The notes beneath the pieces were generated by a model. It saw nothing but the letters and a program-made list of their open reading frames with translations. It had not been told where the DNA came from and ran no database searches. This document shows positions 18,845 to 29,121 of a DNA stretch of 64,000 nucleotides, piece by piece. The stretch covers positions 192,001-256,000 of the forward strand of contig OY729427.2 in NCBI GenBank assembly GCA_963422375.2. The letters run 5' to 3'. The stretch's first letter is position 1. Each line of letters begins with the position of its first letter. Both the position numbers and the translations under genes were made by a program. This DNA is from Bryobacterales bacterium (lineage in GTDB: Bacteria > Acidobacteriota > Terriglobia > Bryobacterales > UBA6623).

Positions 18845-21721
18845 CTACGATTTGTCGAAGAGATTACCCTGCGCCTTGATCTCTTCGCTGTTGGGAGCCG
18901 GCTTAGGCGGCCTGACGGCAAGCGGCCGAACCAGCCGGTTCATCCGTTTCCGCTCCTCTTCGGTCAGCCGTTTCTCAAGCTTGGCCGGTCGCCGCTGGGC
19001 GATCCGCTCTAGGTCTGAAAGCCACTTCATGTCGGCCCTTTCGGCGCGCTTGGCTAGGGGGTACGCCTTTTCCCATCGCCCTTCCTGGCGCCAGTTGCGC
19101 AGCGCCTCCTGCTTCATGCCTGCCTCCTCGAATGCCTCTGCTGCCCCCTCGTGGTGTCCGAGCATTTCCAGCGTGCGGCCCGAGCGACTCGGCTCCGGGG
19201 ACTGCACACGCTCCAGAACGCGGTGCGCCGCTTCGGCGCGCCTGCCCTCCAGCAGCGTGTCAGTGGCACTGTTCCGAAGTTGATCCGCCGTGCCCGCCGC
19301 CTCCCCCACGAATCCGATACGCGAGAGCCAACCTTCAACGTCGCCAGCGAAGCGCTCGGCCGCGTCTGGCTGGATCGCCCGGAGACGCAATGCGTCGAGC
19401 AGTTTGTTGTGAATCCTCGGCAGCACCGGTCGAATCCACGCGTGCTCCTCCGTCTCCAACGCCAGCACGGCATCCAGCAAGTCGTGCGGGGGACCCTCGC
19501 GACGCTTGGTCCAAGCATCCAGCTCTCTCAAGGCCCGGGCGACCCGCTCGCCCGCCCAAGTCGTCGCCACGTGGCCAGCCAACGTGACGACTTCCTGACG
19601 TCCGCTGAATCTGGGGCCGCCGTCCACCAGCCGACTGGCCGCAACCAAGAGCACGACGGAGCATGCTTCCGAACGGACGTCCTCGTCAGAGATCGAGTCC
19701 GGCTGCAGGGACTCGCCCAGCAGCCGCAATGCCTGCCTTGCGCGGTCCCAAGCCCGTACGGGAGATTCCTCTAGCAAGTTCCGGGCGTCCCTCGTGCGCG
19801 CCAATATACGCTCGTCGAGCGGAGCGTCAGCGTCCTCCACGAGTTCGACGAGGTCATCCGCGGTGAAGCGCTCGGGCTCCTCCAGCAACGCGAGGCTCAG
19901 ACTCCGCTCGGAGTCGTCCGGGGCGACGTCCACGAATACCAGGTTTTCCGTCGCCCGGCTCAACGCAACGCGCAGCCGATCGATGGCCGTGCGGCGGGCG
20001 TGGGCTTCAAGCGGGTCAAAAGCGGCCAGGTCCTCCTGCAATCGCTTCAGGACCCTGCCGGGATTGAGCACGCAGACCGTGGCATACTCCAGCCCCTTGA
20101 CTACCTCGGGAAGCAGCACGGATTCGCGAGCAGTCGCCACGATCCACTCGGGCGGGGCGAAGTCAGTCGTGACAACGGCTAGGTCGTCGACGTCGGCAAT
20201 CCTCTCGATCAGGCGCGAGGCGGCCCGGTCGTCAGGCACTTGGACGTGAATCAAGCGGGCGTCAATCTCCGGAGAGGCATCCCAGCCCTGCTGGTCGCTC
20301 GGGCGCCATGACTTCTTGATCTTGGTGTAGAGCCGGGATGCACGGTAGACCACGTCTGCGATCTGTTTCGGACTCCGGGCGTTGTACTCCAAGCCGAAGT
20401 CCTTCGGATGGACCAGCCATTCACCGAGCAGCTTCTTCAGACGACCTGCGTCGAATCCGGACGGCCGGACGGTCTGCCCGTCGTCATACGCCAGCAGGAG
20501 CCACGGCGCGCGCCCCCGCTTCGCAGCGATCCGCCGGCAGAACTCAACAACGACCGCGACTTCGAGCAGCGTCAGGTCCTGAACCTCGTCGACCACGACT
20601 CTGTCGTATCCGCCGAGGGCGGTCGGCGGCCCGCCGTTCTGAAGGCGGGCTAGGGCCTGCCGCGCGGCGTGGAGCTCCGGAAAGACTGTCCCGAACCAAG
20701 ACTCCCACTCCGTGCGCCCGATGACGTCGAGGAGAGCGGCCTTCGCCTCGGGCCCGACGTCGCTCACTCCCTCGGCTAGGTATCCGCTGTCGCTGAGACG
20801 GGCGTCGCCGTCGGCGCAGTCCATGAAGTCCGGCACGGCGCATCCGAACAACACTGCACGAAGCTCGGCGTGAAGCGCGTCCAGCCTGTTGACCCATGGC
20901 CCCATGAGCTTTCGAATCTTCCACCAGTCGAATGCGCTTCGGAACGCCCGCCGGCTCTCGGCGAGCGTCAGCTTCGATGTGTCGGTCTGGCAGATGCCGC
21001 CGAGGAACGCGCCGAAGTCGTAGGCATCCACGAGCGAATCGGAGGCCGTGAACGCATCGAGGCGCTTACTGGCTTGGTCGATCAACCCGCGGGACCAGGA
21101 CAGGTAGAGCGTCCTGCCGCCGCGACGCGTTTCCACGGCCCGCCAAAGCGCAATGGTCTTGCCCGAGCCCGGATGCCCGTATACGATCCGAACTCCGTCC
21201 TCCGCTTGGATAAAGCCCCGTTGGGCGCTTGTCCACGGACCCTCGAAGGTAGACCCCTCGTCTCCGTCGATGTCCTTGCCCCGGAGCTTGAAGTACTCTC
21301 CCACCTCGCCCACGCGCAACGGCGTGTGGTCGTCGTGATGGCGCACCGCGCGGACGAGGACGGTGCCTCGGGGAAGCGACTCCAGCGACTTGGCTTGGTG
21401 GCTGCCTCGCGGCGTCCACCAGAGGTAGTAGTGCATGCCGCCGCTGCCGCCCAAGGGCGTCCGGCGCCACCCGCGGTTCTTGGCGTCGCTGCAGCCCTTC
21501 ACCCTCGACGTGCGGCCGTGAGCGGCGAGCTGCTGAACGATCACCCCCAGCCGCTTGCTGAGCTGCGGGTTCTGCGAGGCCTCCGCATCGATCCTCTCCT
21601 GAACGGTCGGGTGCAGCAGAATCCGGTTGTCCGAGGGTCGGGGCGCGACGATTCCCTCCCGAGCCGGGGAATCGGGTACGAACTTAGGGGGTATTAGCTG
21701 CTCCTTGGGCATATTCGTCAA
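18845..21721 (-). CDS. SF1 (UvrD-like) helicase/ATPase with an N-terminal RelE/ParE-like domain and C-terminal TPR-like helical repeats
   Basis: 958 aa. Q motif TSAQ, Walker A GHPGSGKT, Ia LYLSWS, Walker B VVDEVQD, III YDDGQ, IV YNARS, V KGLEY, VI VALSRA. N-terminus GWRRTPLG..YYLWW..VRAVRHHDD. C-terminus AAEAFEEAG..EALRNWRQEGRWEKA. Confidence 0.8.
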   Translation of the reverse strand: MTNMPKEQLIPPKFVPDSPAREGIVAPRPSDNRILLHPTVQERIDAEASQNPQLSKRLGVIVQQLAAHGRTSRVKGCSDAKNRGWRRTPLGGSGGMHYYLWWTPRGSHQAKSLESLPRGTVLVRAVRHHDDHTPLRVGEVGEYFKLRGKDIDGDEGSTFEGPWTSAQRGFIQAEDGVRIVYGHPGSGKTIALWRAVETRRGGRTLYLSWSRGLIDQASKRLDAFTASDSLVDAYDFGAFLGGICQTDTSKLTLAESRRAFRSAFDWWKIRKLMGPWVNRLDALHAELRAVLFGCAVPDFMDCADGDARLSDSGYLAEGVSDVGPEAKAALLDVIGRTEWESWFGTVFPELHAARQALARLQNGGPPTALGGYDRVVVDEVQDLTLLEVAVVVEFCRRIAAKRGRAPWLLLAYDDGQTVRPSGFDAGRLKKLLGEWLVHPKDFGLEYNARSPKQIADVVYRASRLYTKIKKSWRPSDQQGWDASPEIDARLIHVQVPDDRAASRLIERIADVDDLAVVTTDFAPPEWIVATARESVLLPEVVKGLEYATVCVLNPGRVLKRLQEDLAAFDPLEAHARRTAIDRLRVALSRATENLVFVDVAPDDSERSLSLALLEEPERFTADDLVELVEDADAPLDERILARTRDARNLLEESPVRAWDRARQALRLLGESLQPDSISDEDVRSEACSVVLLVAASRLVDGGPRFSGRQEVVTLAGHVATTWAGERVARALRELDAWTKRREGPPHDLLDAVLALETEEHAWIRPVLPRIHNKLLDALRLRAIQPDAAERFAGDVEGWLSRIGFVGEAAGTADQLRNSATDTLLEGRRAEAAHRVLERVQSPEPSRSGRTLEMLGHHEGAAEAFEEAGMKQEALRNWRQEGRWEKAYPLAKRAERADMKWLSDLERIAQRRPAKLEKRLTEEERKRMNRLVRPLAVRPPKPAPNSEEIKAQGNLFDKS

Positions 21722-22380
21722 GCGCGAAATCGAGAAACCCTATTCTGAAGGCCTGCGAGGTCAAGAGTCGACTCGTCCTAGTTTGATTCCCATTGTGGTG
21801 CGGATCTTGGCCGGACGTGATGTCGCGAGCGAGGCCTGCCCCGCCTGACCTTCTCGCTCGACTGACGCAGCGGTGCCAATCGTGATGGAGCCACCGGTGC
21901 GGTGCGCTCGCTGCGACGCCCGCGGGTCGGCGGCGACCTCGCATCGCCCGAGCCAACCGACCGGTCTCCCACCTCCACCGGGCCGCTCGTCCGGCGAGTC
22001 ATCGAACAGTTGCGAGCGCGTCCGCCCAGATCCGAAGCTCCTGCCGGCGCGCCGATGTCGCTAGATTCCCCGAGCGGAGTCGCGGAGCGTCTCCCCCCGA
22101 AGCCTCGCGATACTTGGGCGGAGCGGCGAGGGTTCCGACGCAGCGCCCGGGTAACTTCCCGGCCGAATCTTGCGAACTGTCGGGCCGGACGGGCAGCGAG
22201 TCCGGCCAAGGGCGAGTTCCCTAGGGACTCGGGCAGCGAACCTTCCGGGACGCGCCGGCCGATCTGAGCCGGGCAACGGGATCGACCGCCAGCCGGCTGA
22301 GGCCCGTGACAGCAAGGACGGGAGTCCCGGCCTGGAACCGACCCGCGGGCGAGGCACGGCGGGCGGTGCCGCCGAGCTTC

Positions 22381-22785
22381 CTAGGCCTGGCGCGTCAGCG
22401 GGAAGTACTTGCGGTAGGCCTCCGGCATGCGAATCATCTTGCCTCGGGCGTCCGTGACGGTGTGATGTGTCTCGCCCGTCGCTAGGATCTCCTCTTCGCG
22501 CCGCATTTCGTACGCAAAGCGGACCGTCCGCGAACGGGACTCCGCGACCCAGCAATCGACATCGATCTCGTCGTCAAAGCGCGCCGGGGCCCGGTACCGG
22601 CAGCGGGCCTCGGTCACGACGAGGAACGCGCCGCCCAGGCGCTCCATGTCGCTGTACTCGAAACCCACGCCGCGGCAGAATCCCACGCGCGCCACCTCCA
22701 TCCAGACGAGATAGTTGGCGTAGTAGGCGATCCCCATCTGGTCCGTTTCCGCGTACCGCACGCGAACCGTGGAGCGGACTCGCAT
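22381..22785 (-). CDS. acyl-CoA thioesterase (YbgC/4HBT family)
   Basis: RVRYAETDQMGIAYYANYLVWMEVAR. Confidence 0.92.
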   Translation of the reverse strand: MRVRSTVRVRYAETDQMGIAYYANYLVWMEVARVGFCRGVGFEYSDMERLGGAFLVVTEARCRYRAPARFDDEIDVDCWVAESRSRTVRFAYEMRREEEILATGETHHTVTDARGKMIRMPEAYRKYFPLTRQA

Positions 22786-22798
22786 GCCAACCGCGCCG

Positions 22799-24046
22799 CT
22801 AGCCCTTCATCGAAGCGAGGAACTCCCCGTTGCCGCGTGTCTTGCCCATGCGGTCCAGCAGCAGCTCCATGCACTCGACCGTGCCCAGGTTGCTCAGGAC
22901 CTTGCGGAGCACCCAGACGCGTCGAAGGGTCTCGGAGTCCAGCAGCAGTTCCTCCTTGCGCGTGCCGCTGCGGTGGATGTCGATCGCCGGGAACGTGCGC
23001 TTGTCGACCAGCTTGCGGTCGAGGTGCAGTTCCATGTTTCCCGTGCCCTTGAACTCTTCGAAGATGACCTCGTCCATGCGGCTGCCGGTATCCACCAAGG
23101 CCGTCGCGACGATCGTCAGGGATCCGCCCTCCTCGATGTTCCGCGCGGCGCCGAAGAACCGCTTGGGCCGCTGCAGCGCGTTCGCGTCCACGCCCCCAGT
23201 CAGGACCTTGCCGGACGAGGGCACGACTGTGTTGTAGGCCCGAGCGAGGCGAGTGATGGAGTCCAGCAGGACGACTACGTCGCGCTTGTGCTCGACGAGG
23301 CGCTTCGCCTTCTCGATGGCCATCTCCGCCACTTGGATGTGCCGGACGTGGGGCTCGTCGAAAGTCGAGCTCACCACCTCGCCCCGAACTGTGCGCTGCA
23401 TGTCGGTGACCTCTTCGGGGCGCTCGTCGATGAGAAGCACGATCAGCATGACCTCGGGGTGGTTGGCCGTGATCGAATTCGCGATCGACTGCAGAAGCAT
23501 GGTCTTGCCGGTCCGCGGCGGGGCGACGATCAGGCCGCGCTGCCCTCTCCCGAGCGGCGTGATCAGGTCCATAACGCGACCGCTGAGATTCTGGCGCTCG
23601 GTCTCCAGACGGAGGCGGCTCTGCGGATAGAAGGGCGTGAGATTGTCGAAGGGAATGCGCGCCCTCGCCTTGTCAGGCGCATCGAAATTGAGCGAGGCGA
23701 CCTCGACGAGCGAGAAGTAATTCTCCCGCTCGTGCGGGGCGCGGGCCAAGCCGGCGACGGTATCCCCGTTCCTGATGCCGTAGTCCCGCACCGTTTGCGG
23801 GGACACGAAGATGTCGTCCCGCCCCGGCAGGTAGTTGCCGACCGGCGAGCGGAGGAAGCCGAATCCCTCGGGCAGGATTTCGAGCACTCCCTCGACGCCG
23901 AGCTGACCGTCCTCGTCGGCTTGCGACCGGAGGATTCGAAAGATCAGTTCCTGCTTGCGCAGGCCGCCGAAATCGTCGATTCCTAGCTCGCTCGCGAGCG
24001 CCGTGAGGGATCTGATGTCCCGTTGATGCAATTCGGCTAAGGTCAT
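22799..24046 (-). CDS. rho: transcription termination factor Rho
   Basis: [53 protein letters not shown]. Confidence 0.98.
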   Translation of the reverse strand: MTLAELHQRDIRSLTALASELGIDDFGGLRKQELIFRILRSQADEDGQLGVEGVLEILPEGFGFLRSPVGNYLPGRDDIFVSPQTVRDYGIRNGDTVAGLARAPHERENYFSLVEVASLNFDAPDKARARIPFDNLTPFYPQSRLRLETERQNLSGRVMDLITPLGRGQRGLIVAPPRTGKTMLLQSIANSITANHPEVMLIVLLIDERPEEVTDMQRTVRGEVVSSTFDEPHVRHIQVAEMAIEKAKRLVEHKRDVVVLLDSITRLARAYNTVVPSSGKVLTGGVDANALQRPKRFFGAARNIEEGGSLTIVATALVDTGSRMDEVIFEEFKGTGNMELHLDRKLVDKRTFPAIDIHRSGTRKEELLLDSETLRRVWVLRKVLSNLGTVECMELLLDRMGKTRGNGEFLASMKG

Positions 24047-24588
24047 TGGGGAAATGAGCGCCCGGGTGGCAGGCACTCAAGGGGTGCGCCCCTCGCAGGG
24101 AGCTGCTTTGCAGGGGCGGTAGCCCCGGTAGTTCAAGCATACCCCACACCGGGGTGGCAAGCAAGCTCCGCTCGGGCCCGATGACCGCGCGGGGCGGATC
24201 CTTGCGCGAACGCGGGAGGGCGCCCGGCGGCCAAGCGCTGCAGCGCCTCCTCGAGATCTCGCGAGGCTCTGCGCGTCCGACACCGTCGGACGCGCCGGAC
24301 GGATTCGCGAAGCAGCTCAACGAACTCTCGTTCTCTTGCCGCGAGCGTCTCGCGGGAGCAGATCCGCACCGACGCGGTATGCGGATGGACCGGCGCAGCG
24401 CAGCGTTCGAGGCGGCGGCACACGGATGGGTCCGGAGCGAAGCTGCCGGGCGGGGACTGCCTCGGAGGGATCTCCGAGCCGGAATCTCCGGGCTGCGCGG
24501 GGCCGTCTCGCGCCCGGGCTGCGCGGGCAGGCGCCTGCCGGCCTCGCGAGGCTCGCTCGCCTGACAGGACGGCCGCCGCCTGCCGCGA

Positions 24589-25548
24589 TCAGGCCACCCG
24601 GTTTTCCGGTCTCCCGGCGAGGGCCGCGAAGAGGTTGTCGACCGCCATCTGCAAGCCGCGATCCAGCGCCTCCGTGGTCACGCCGCCCGAATGCGGTGTC
24701 AGAACCACTTCGTGCAGGTCGGCAAGGGGGTGGTTCTCGGGCAGCGGCTCGCGATCGAAGACGTCGAGCCCCGCCCCGCGAATGGCGCCGCCGCGCAGCG
24801 CATCCAGCAGCGCGGCCTCGTCCACGACCGCCCCGCGAGCCGTGTTGATCAGGATGGCCGAATCCTTCATCAGGGCGAACTCCCGCTTGCCAACCATGCC
24901 GGTCGTTTCGGAGGTGAGGCGCACGTGCAGGCTCACCACGTCGCTGCGGCGGAACAGGTCGTCGAGCCCCACGAGCTCCGCGCCGATGTCCGCTACAGGC
25001 TTGCCCCGCGGCGTGCGGGTCCAAGCCAGCACGCGCATGCCGATGCCCCGCGCGATGCGCGCCGTCTGCAGCCCGATGGCGCCCAGGCCGACCACTCCGA
25101 GAGTCTTGCCGTGCAGCTGCGTCACGAAGCCCCGGGGCCACGCCCCCTTGCGCGTCTTGGTGTCGATCCTCGGAATGTCGCGGGCCACCGCGAGCATGAG
25201 CGCGAGCGCGTGCTCGGCCATCGCGATCGCCGAAACGCCGGGCGTGTTGGTGACGACCACCCCGCAAGCCGCGGCGGCGTCGAGATCGACGTGGTCGGTG
25301 CCCGTCCCCCACAGCGACAGCGCCCGCAAGCGCGGGCACTCCGCGAAGACGTCCGCTGCGAAAGGCACCGACGAGCGGATGTTGACCACGCCGTCAGCCT
25401 GGGCGATGCGCTCGAGCAGGACGTCCTTCGAGGGAGGCAGGCTGGCGTGGTAGCTCAGCCGCGCACGGTCTCGCAGGGAGGCGAAGGCCGCGCTGGGCCC
25501 GAGCACGGGCGGGTAGTCATCCGGGACGGCGACGCTTGGCAGGTTCAT
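24589..25548 (-). CDS. D-2-hydroxyacid dehydrogenase (phosphoglycerate dehydrogenase-like)
   Basis: GTGTDHVD, GVVGLGAIG, LINTARG, GAGLDVF..EP, LTPHSG. Confidence 0.92.
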   Translation of the reverse strand: MNLPSVAVPDDYPPVLGPSAAFASLRDRARLSYHASLPPSKDVLLERIAQADGVVNIRSSVPFAADVFAECPRLRALSLWGTGTDHVDLDAAAACGVVVTNTPGVSAIAMAEHALALMLAVARDIPRIDTKTRKGAWPRGFVTQLHGKTLGVVGLGAIGLQTARIARGIGMRVLAWTRTPRGKPVADIGAELVGLDDLFRRSDVVSLHVRLTSETTGMVGKREFALMKDSAILINTARGAVVDEAALLDALRGGAIRGAGLDVFDREPLPENHPLADLHEVVLTPHSGGVTTEALDRGLQMAVDNLFAALAGRPENRVA

Positions 25549-25581
25549 GCTCGCTCCAATCCGACGGCGCGCGAACGGCCG

Positions 25582-27216
25582 CTAGCGGAAGATCCAGTAC
25601 AGCGCCACGATCGTCAGGCAGAGCACCCCGGCGATGCGGCGCGGGTCGACGCCGGGCCCCGCCCAGCGGCGGGCCAGCGCGCTCAGTGGATTCTCCCAGG
25701 TCAGCCCCTCGATCTTTTCCGCCGGCGGCGCGGGCGTCAGCTTGCTGACGGCCACGAAAACCGCGCTGCAAATCACGGTCATCCAGAACGCCTGCAGCAT
25801 GAAGGGAACGCCCCAGCCGTCGGTGATCAGCTTGACGCCCTGCACGTCCTTGAAGTCCAGGACGAAGGCCGCCGCGCCCATCGAGAAGCCGAACACCAAA
25901 GTGGACACGGCCGCCTGGGCCGTGCCACGGCGCCAGAAGACACCCCACAGGAACACGGTGGTGATGGCCGGGGCGAGCGCCGCGCCGATTTCCTGGACAG
26001 CCTCGAAGATGCTGGAGAACTTGTCGCCCTGGGTGGACCAGATCATGGCGAGCAGCATGACGACCACGGCGCTCCAGCGGCCGATCCGGACCTGGGCCGC
26101 GTCGCTGGTGGCGGGGCGCACGCGAGCGACGATGTCGACCGCGAACAGGGTGGCGCAGCTATTGAGAGCCGCCGCGATCGTGCTCATCAGCGCCGCCAGC
26201 AGCCCGGCCGAGATCAGGCCGCGGAGGCCGGTCGGCACGAGTTCCTGGATCAGGACAGGCAGGACCTGGTTGGCGTCGTCGCCGATCTCGGCACCGTAGA
26301 GAACGTATCCGACGATGCCCGGCATCACCAGGATGAAAACCGGCAGGACCTTGATGAAGCCCGCGAAGAGCGGGCCGATCTGCGCGTCGCGCTCCGACTT
26401 CGCGGCGAGGACGCGCTGCACGATGGTCTGGTCCGTGCACCAATACCAGATTCCGAGCACCGGATAGCCCAGCAGGACCGAGTACCACGCGAGGCCTACG
26501 GAGTTGTCGGCCCACACCATGCTGAGCTGCTTGGGCCTGAGCTGGGCCTGGAATTCCGCCACGGTCGAGACGCCGTGTTCCGGAAGCGCTGCGATCGCCA
26601 GAGCGGTCACCAGGACGGACCCGCCGACCAGCAGGACGGTCTGGATCGCCTCGGTGACGACGACGGCCTTGAGACCGCCCAGCACGGTGTAGATGCCGGT
26701 CACGGCCGAGATGATGAGGATCGAGGTCACCACGTCGACGCCGAAGAACTGCTCGAAGACCGTGGCGCCGGCGTACAGGCTCATGCCGATGTGAATGAAG
26801 AGCGCTCCCAGAATCGCCATGAATGCCAGGAACGAGCGCGCGGCCGCGTTGAACCGCTTTTCCAAGTACTCGGGCAGCGTCTCGATCCTGTTGCGGAAGT
26901 AGAACGGCGCGAAGAAAAGCGACAGGATGACGAGCGTGAAGGCCGCCATCCATTCGAAATTGCCCCAGACCAAGCCCTCGTTGTAGCCCGACGCAGCCAG
27001 GCCCACCAAGTGGATCGTCGAAATGTTCGAAGCGAACAGGGCGGCCCCGATCATCACCCAGCCGAGCGAGCGGCCGGCCAGGAAGTAGGCCTCCCCCGTC
27101 ATCTTCTGGCGTCGCACCGACAGCACCCCGACCGCGAGGATGCCGATCATGTAGGTGACGATGATGACGAAATCGACGAAGGGAATCCGCAGTCCGGGGG
27201 CGTCCATGGGAGTCAC
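25582..27216 (-). CDS. sodium:solute symporter (SSS, SLC5 sugar/polyol-like)
   Basis: YFLAGRSL, ASNIST.H.VGLA, WYWCTDQTIVQRVLAAK, LAALMST, many transmembrane segments. Start may be ATG 27207. Confidence 0.93.
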   Translation of the reverse strand: MTPMDAPGLRIPFVDFVIIVTYMIGILAVGVLSVRRQKMTGEAYFLAGRSLGWVMIGAALFASNISTIHLVGLAASGYNEGLVWGNFEWMAAFTLVILSLFFAPFYFRNRIETLPEYLEKRFNAAARSFLAFMAILGALFIHIGMSLYAGATVFEQFFGVDVVTSILIISAVTGIYTVLGGLKAVVVTEAIQTVLLVGGSVLVTALAIAALPEHGVSTVAEFQAQLRPKQLSMVWADNSVGLAWYSVLLGYPVLGIWYWCTDQTIVQRVLAAKSERDAQIGPLFAGFIKVLPVFILVMPGIVGYVLYGAEIGDDANQVLPVLIQELVPTGLRGLISAGLLAALMSTIAAALNSCATLFAVDIVARVRPATSDAAQVRIGRWSAVVVMLLAMIWSTQGDKFSSIFEAVQEIGAALAPAITTVFLWGVFWRRGTAQAAVSTLVFGFSMGAAAFVLDFKDVQGVKLITDGWGVPFMLQAFWMTVICSAVFVAVSKLTPAPPAEKIEGLTWENPLSALARRWAGPGVDPRRIAGVLCLTIVALYWIFR

Positions 27217-27250
27217 CGAGTGTATGCCAAGGGAGCAGGCGGGCCCGCGG

Positions 27251-28081
27251 TCACTGCGGGCGCGGGGGATTCGCCCAGTGCCCGTCCGGGTCGCTGCCGG
27301 CGACTACCACTCCCTTGCGGTTCCAGCCCAGGTAGGCCCTGACGTCGGCCGAGCAGTAGCGCAGCGTCAGGCCGCAGCGCCGCCGCCCGGAACGGTTCGC
27401 CTCGGATCCGTGCAGGAGCAGGTCCGAGTGCAGGGAAACCTGGCCGGCGCGCAGCTCGTTGTCGAACGGGGCCCCGAAGCGCTCGACCCCGGTCACCTTC
27501 TGGTTCAGCACGGTCGAGGGGTCGGCCTCGTCGACCTCGAACTCGAGAGGCCCGTGCAAGTGCGATCCGGGAATGAAGCGCATGCAGGCGTTGGCGGTGT
27601 CGGCGTCGTCAATCGCCAGCCACGCCGTGACGGTCCTCGCGGGGCTCAGCGGCCAGTAGGTGGCGTCCTGGTGCCAGTCGACCCGCTTGCCGTCCCCGGG
27701 CATCTTGCAGAAGTAGTGGCAGCCCCACCCCACCACCCGGTCGCCGATCAGGTCGCTCGCGCACTCGACGATCCGAGGGTCCGTCAGCAGGTCGTAGGCG
27801 TCTGCGTAGCGCAGGTGGGCCGAGCTGATGGAGTAGCTGTCGCCTCCCTCGGCCATGACGCGCTCTAGCAGCGCGTCGAAGCGCGCTCGGACGGCCCCGA
27901 TCTCGCGGTCCGAGAAGACTCGGACGCCCGTGAGGAAGCCGCGCTCGTTGAATTGATCCAGCTGCCCCTGCGTCAGGCGGCGGGCGCGCCGGTTGCCGGA
28001 CGGACGGAAGGCCAGATCGCGCGGCATCCGGTCGAGGTCGTCCATCGAGGGCGCGATCGCGAACTGTCGGTCCTGCTCCAT
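27251..28081 (-). CDS. phytanoyl-CoA dioxygenase (PhyH) family Fe(II)/2OG oxygenase
   Basis: WHQDATYW (HxD), TAWLAIDDA, PGSH, LLHGS..NRS..RR. Start placed at ATG 28081. Confidence 0.92.
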   Translation of the reverse strand: MEQDRQFAIAPSMDDLDRMPRDLAFRPSGNRRARRLTQGQLDQFNERGFLTGVRVFSDREIGAVRARFDALLERVMAEGGDSYSISSAHLRYADAYDLLTDPRIVECASDLIGDRVVGWGCHYFCKMPGDGKRVDWHQDATYWPLSPARTVTAWLAIDDADTANACMRFIPGSHLHGPLEFEVDEADPSTVLNQKVTGVERFGAPFDNELRAGQVSLHSDLLLHGSEANRSGRRRCGLTLRYCSADVRAYLGWNRKGVVVAGSDPDGHWANPPRPQ

Positions 28082-28205
28082 GCCCGTCCGCCGATCATAG
28101 CGCGGACAGGCGCCCCGAGCCGCGGCGGAGCCGGAGCGACGGCTGGGCTCGCGCGGTCCGCGGGCTCGCGGACCGCCCCGAACGATACCGCCCGGAATTG
28201 TTACA

Positions 28206-29111
28206 ATGACAGAGCTTCGCCGAAGTTCCCGTGTGTCCGGCAGTAGAGCGTCCGTGTACCTGCGTGTCAGTGCGGTCGCAGCGTGCCTAGCCGCGGGCCT
28301 CGCCTGCGGCGTCCTGTCCTCGACTAGAAGGATTCCGCCCCCGCCCGCAGTCCAGGCGGCCAGCCGCCAGGACTTGCTCGAGAAGATCCGGCGCTTCGCG
28401 TCGATCCAGTCGCTGCGAGCGTCGGTCGACGTCACGCTCACCGTCCTCAGCGACGACCGCGACGAGGAGACCGAGTGGAGGAACGTTCGGGGAGCTCTCG
28501 TGACGAAACGGCCCGGGTTGATCCGCACCACCGCCGAAGCGCCGGGGGGCCTGGCCAAGCTGTACGACATGGTTTCGGACGGCAAGGAATTCCGCGTCTA
28601 CCTCCCGTGGAGGAACCGTGTCTTCGCGGGCCCGACCGCGCTGACGCACATCTCCGAGAATCGAGCCGAGAACCTGCGCCCGCAGCACATCATCGACGCG
28701 ATCATGCTCAAGCCGCTTCCCGACGAAAGCAAGACGCTGCTCGACTTCAACATGTACGGACGGTCGGGCTACCAGGTGCTGCTGGAGGTCGAGGCCGCCG
28801 AGGACGGCCGCCTGCAGATCCGCAGGAAGTACTGGTTCGACCGCTCGAACCTGGCGCTGTCGCGCCTAATGATTCTCGACGACGAGGCGGAGCTGCTCAC
28901 CAATGCCTGGTACCGCGAGTGGCAGGAGTCCAACAGCCTCCCCTATCCCCGATTCATCACGATCGAGCGGCCCAAGGACGGCTACCGGCTGGAGATGGAG
29001 ATTCTGCGGCCGGGCCTGGACGAAGACGTGCCGGAGGGGGCGTTCGAGCTCGCGCTACCCGACGGCGTGGAGACCAAGAGGATCGGCGACAAGCCCTCGC
29101 CGCTTTCCTAG
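28206..29111 (+). CDS. LolA-like / outer-membrane lipoprotein-sorting family lipoprotein
   Basis: Lipobox-like GLAC, DMVSDG.EF.VY.P, YWFDR..L, P..ITIERP. Lies directly upstream of an ABC permease and ATPase. Start uncertain. Confidence 0.6.
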   Translation: MTELRRSSRVSGSRASVYLRVSAVAACLAAGLACGVLSSTRRIPPPPAVQAASRQDLLEKIRRFASIQSLRASVDVTLTVLSDDRDEETEWRNVRGALVTKRPGLIRTTAEAPGGLAKLYDMVSDGKEFRVYLPWRNRVFAGPTALTHISENRAENLRPQHIIDAIMLKPLPDESKTLLDFNMYGRSGYQVLLEVEAAEDGRLQIRRKYWFDRSNLALSRLMILDDEAELLTNAWYREWQESNSLPYPRFITIERPKDGYRLEMEILRPGLDEDVPEGAFELALPDGVETKRIGDKPSPLS

Positions 29112-29121
29112 CCGACGCGCC

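Noticed and set aside
15475..24588. Small ORFs in the spacers 15475-16160, 21722-22380 and 24050-24588 as antitoxins or partner genes
   Set aside because: No recognisable motifs, starts or RBS; they are probably decayed remnants. An HMM search could revisit them.
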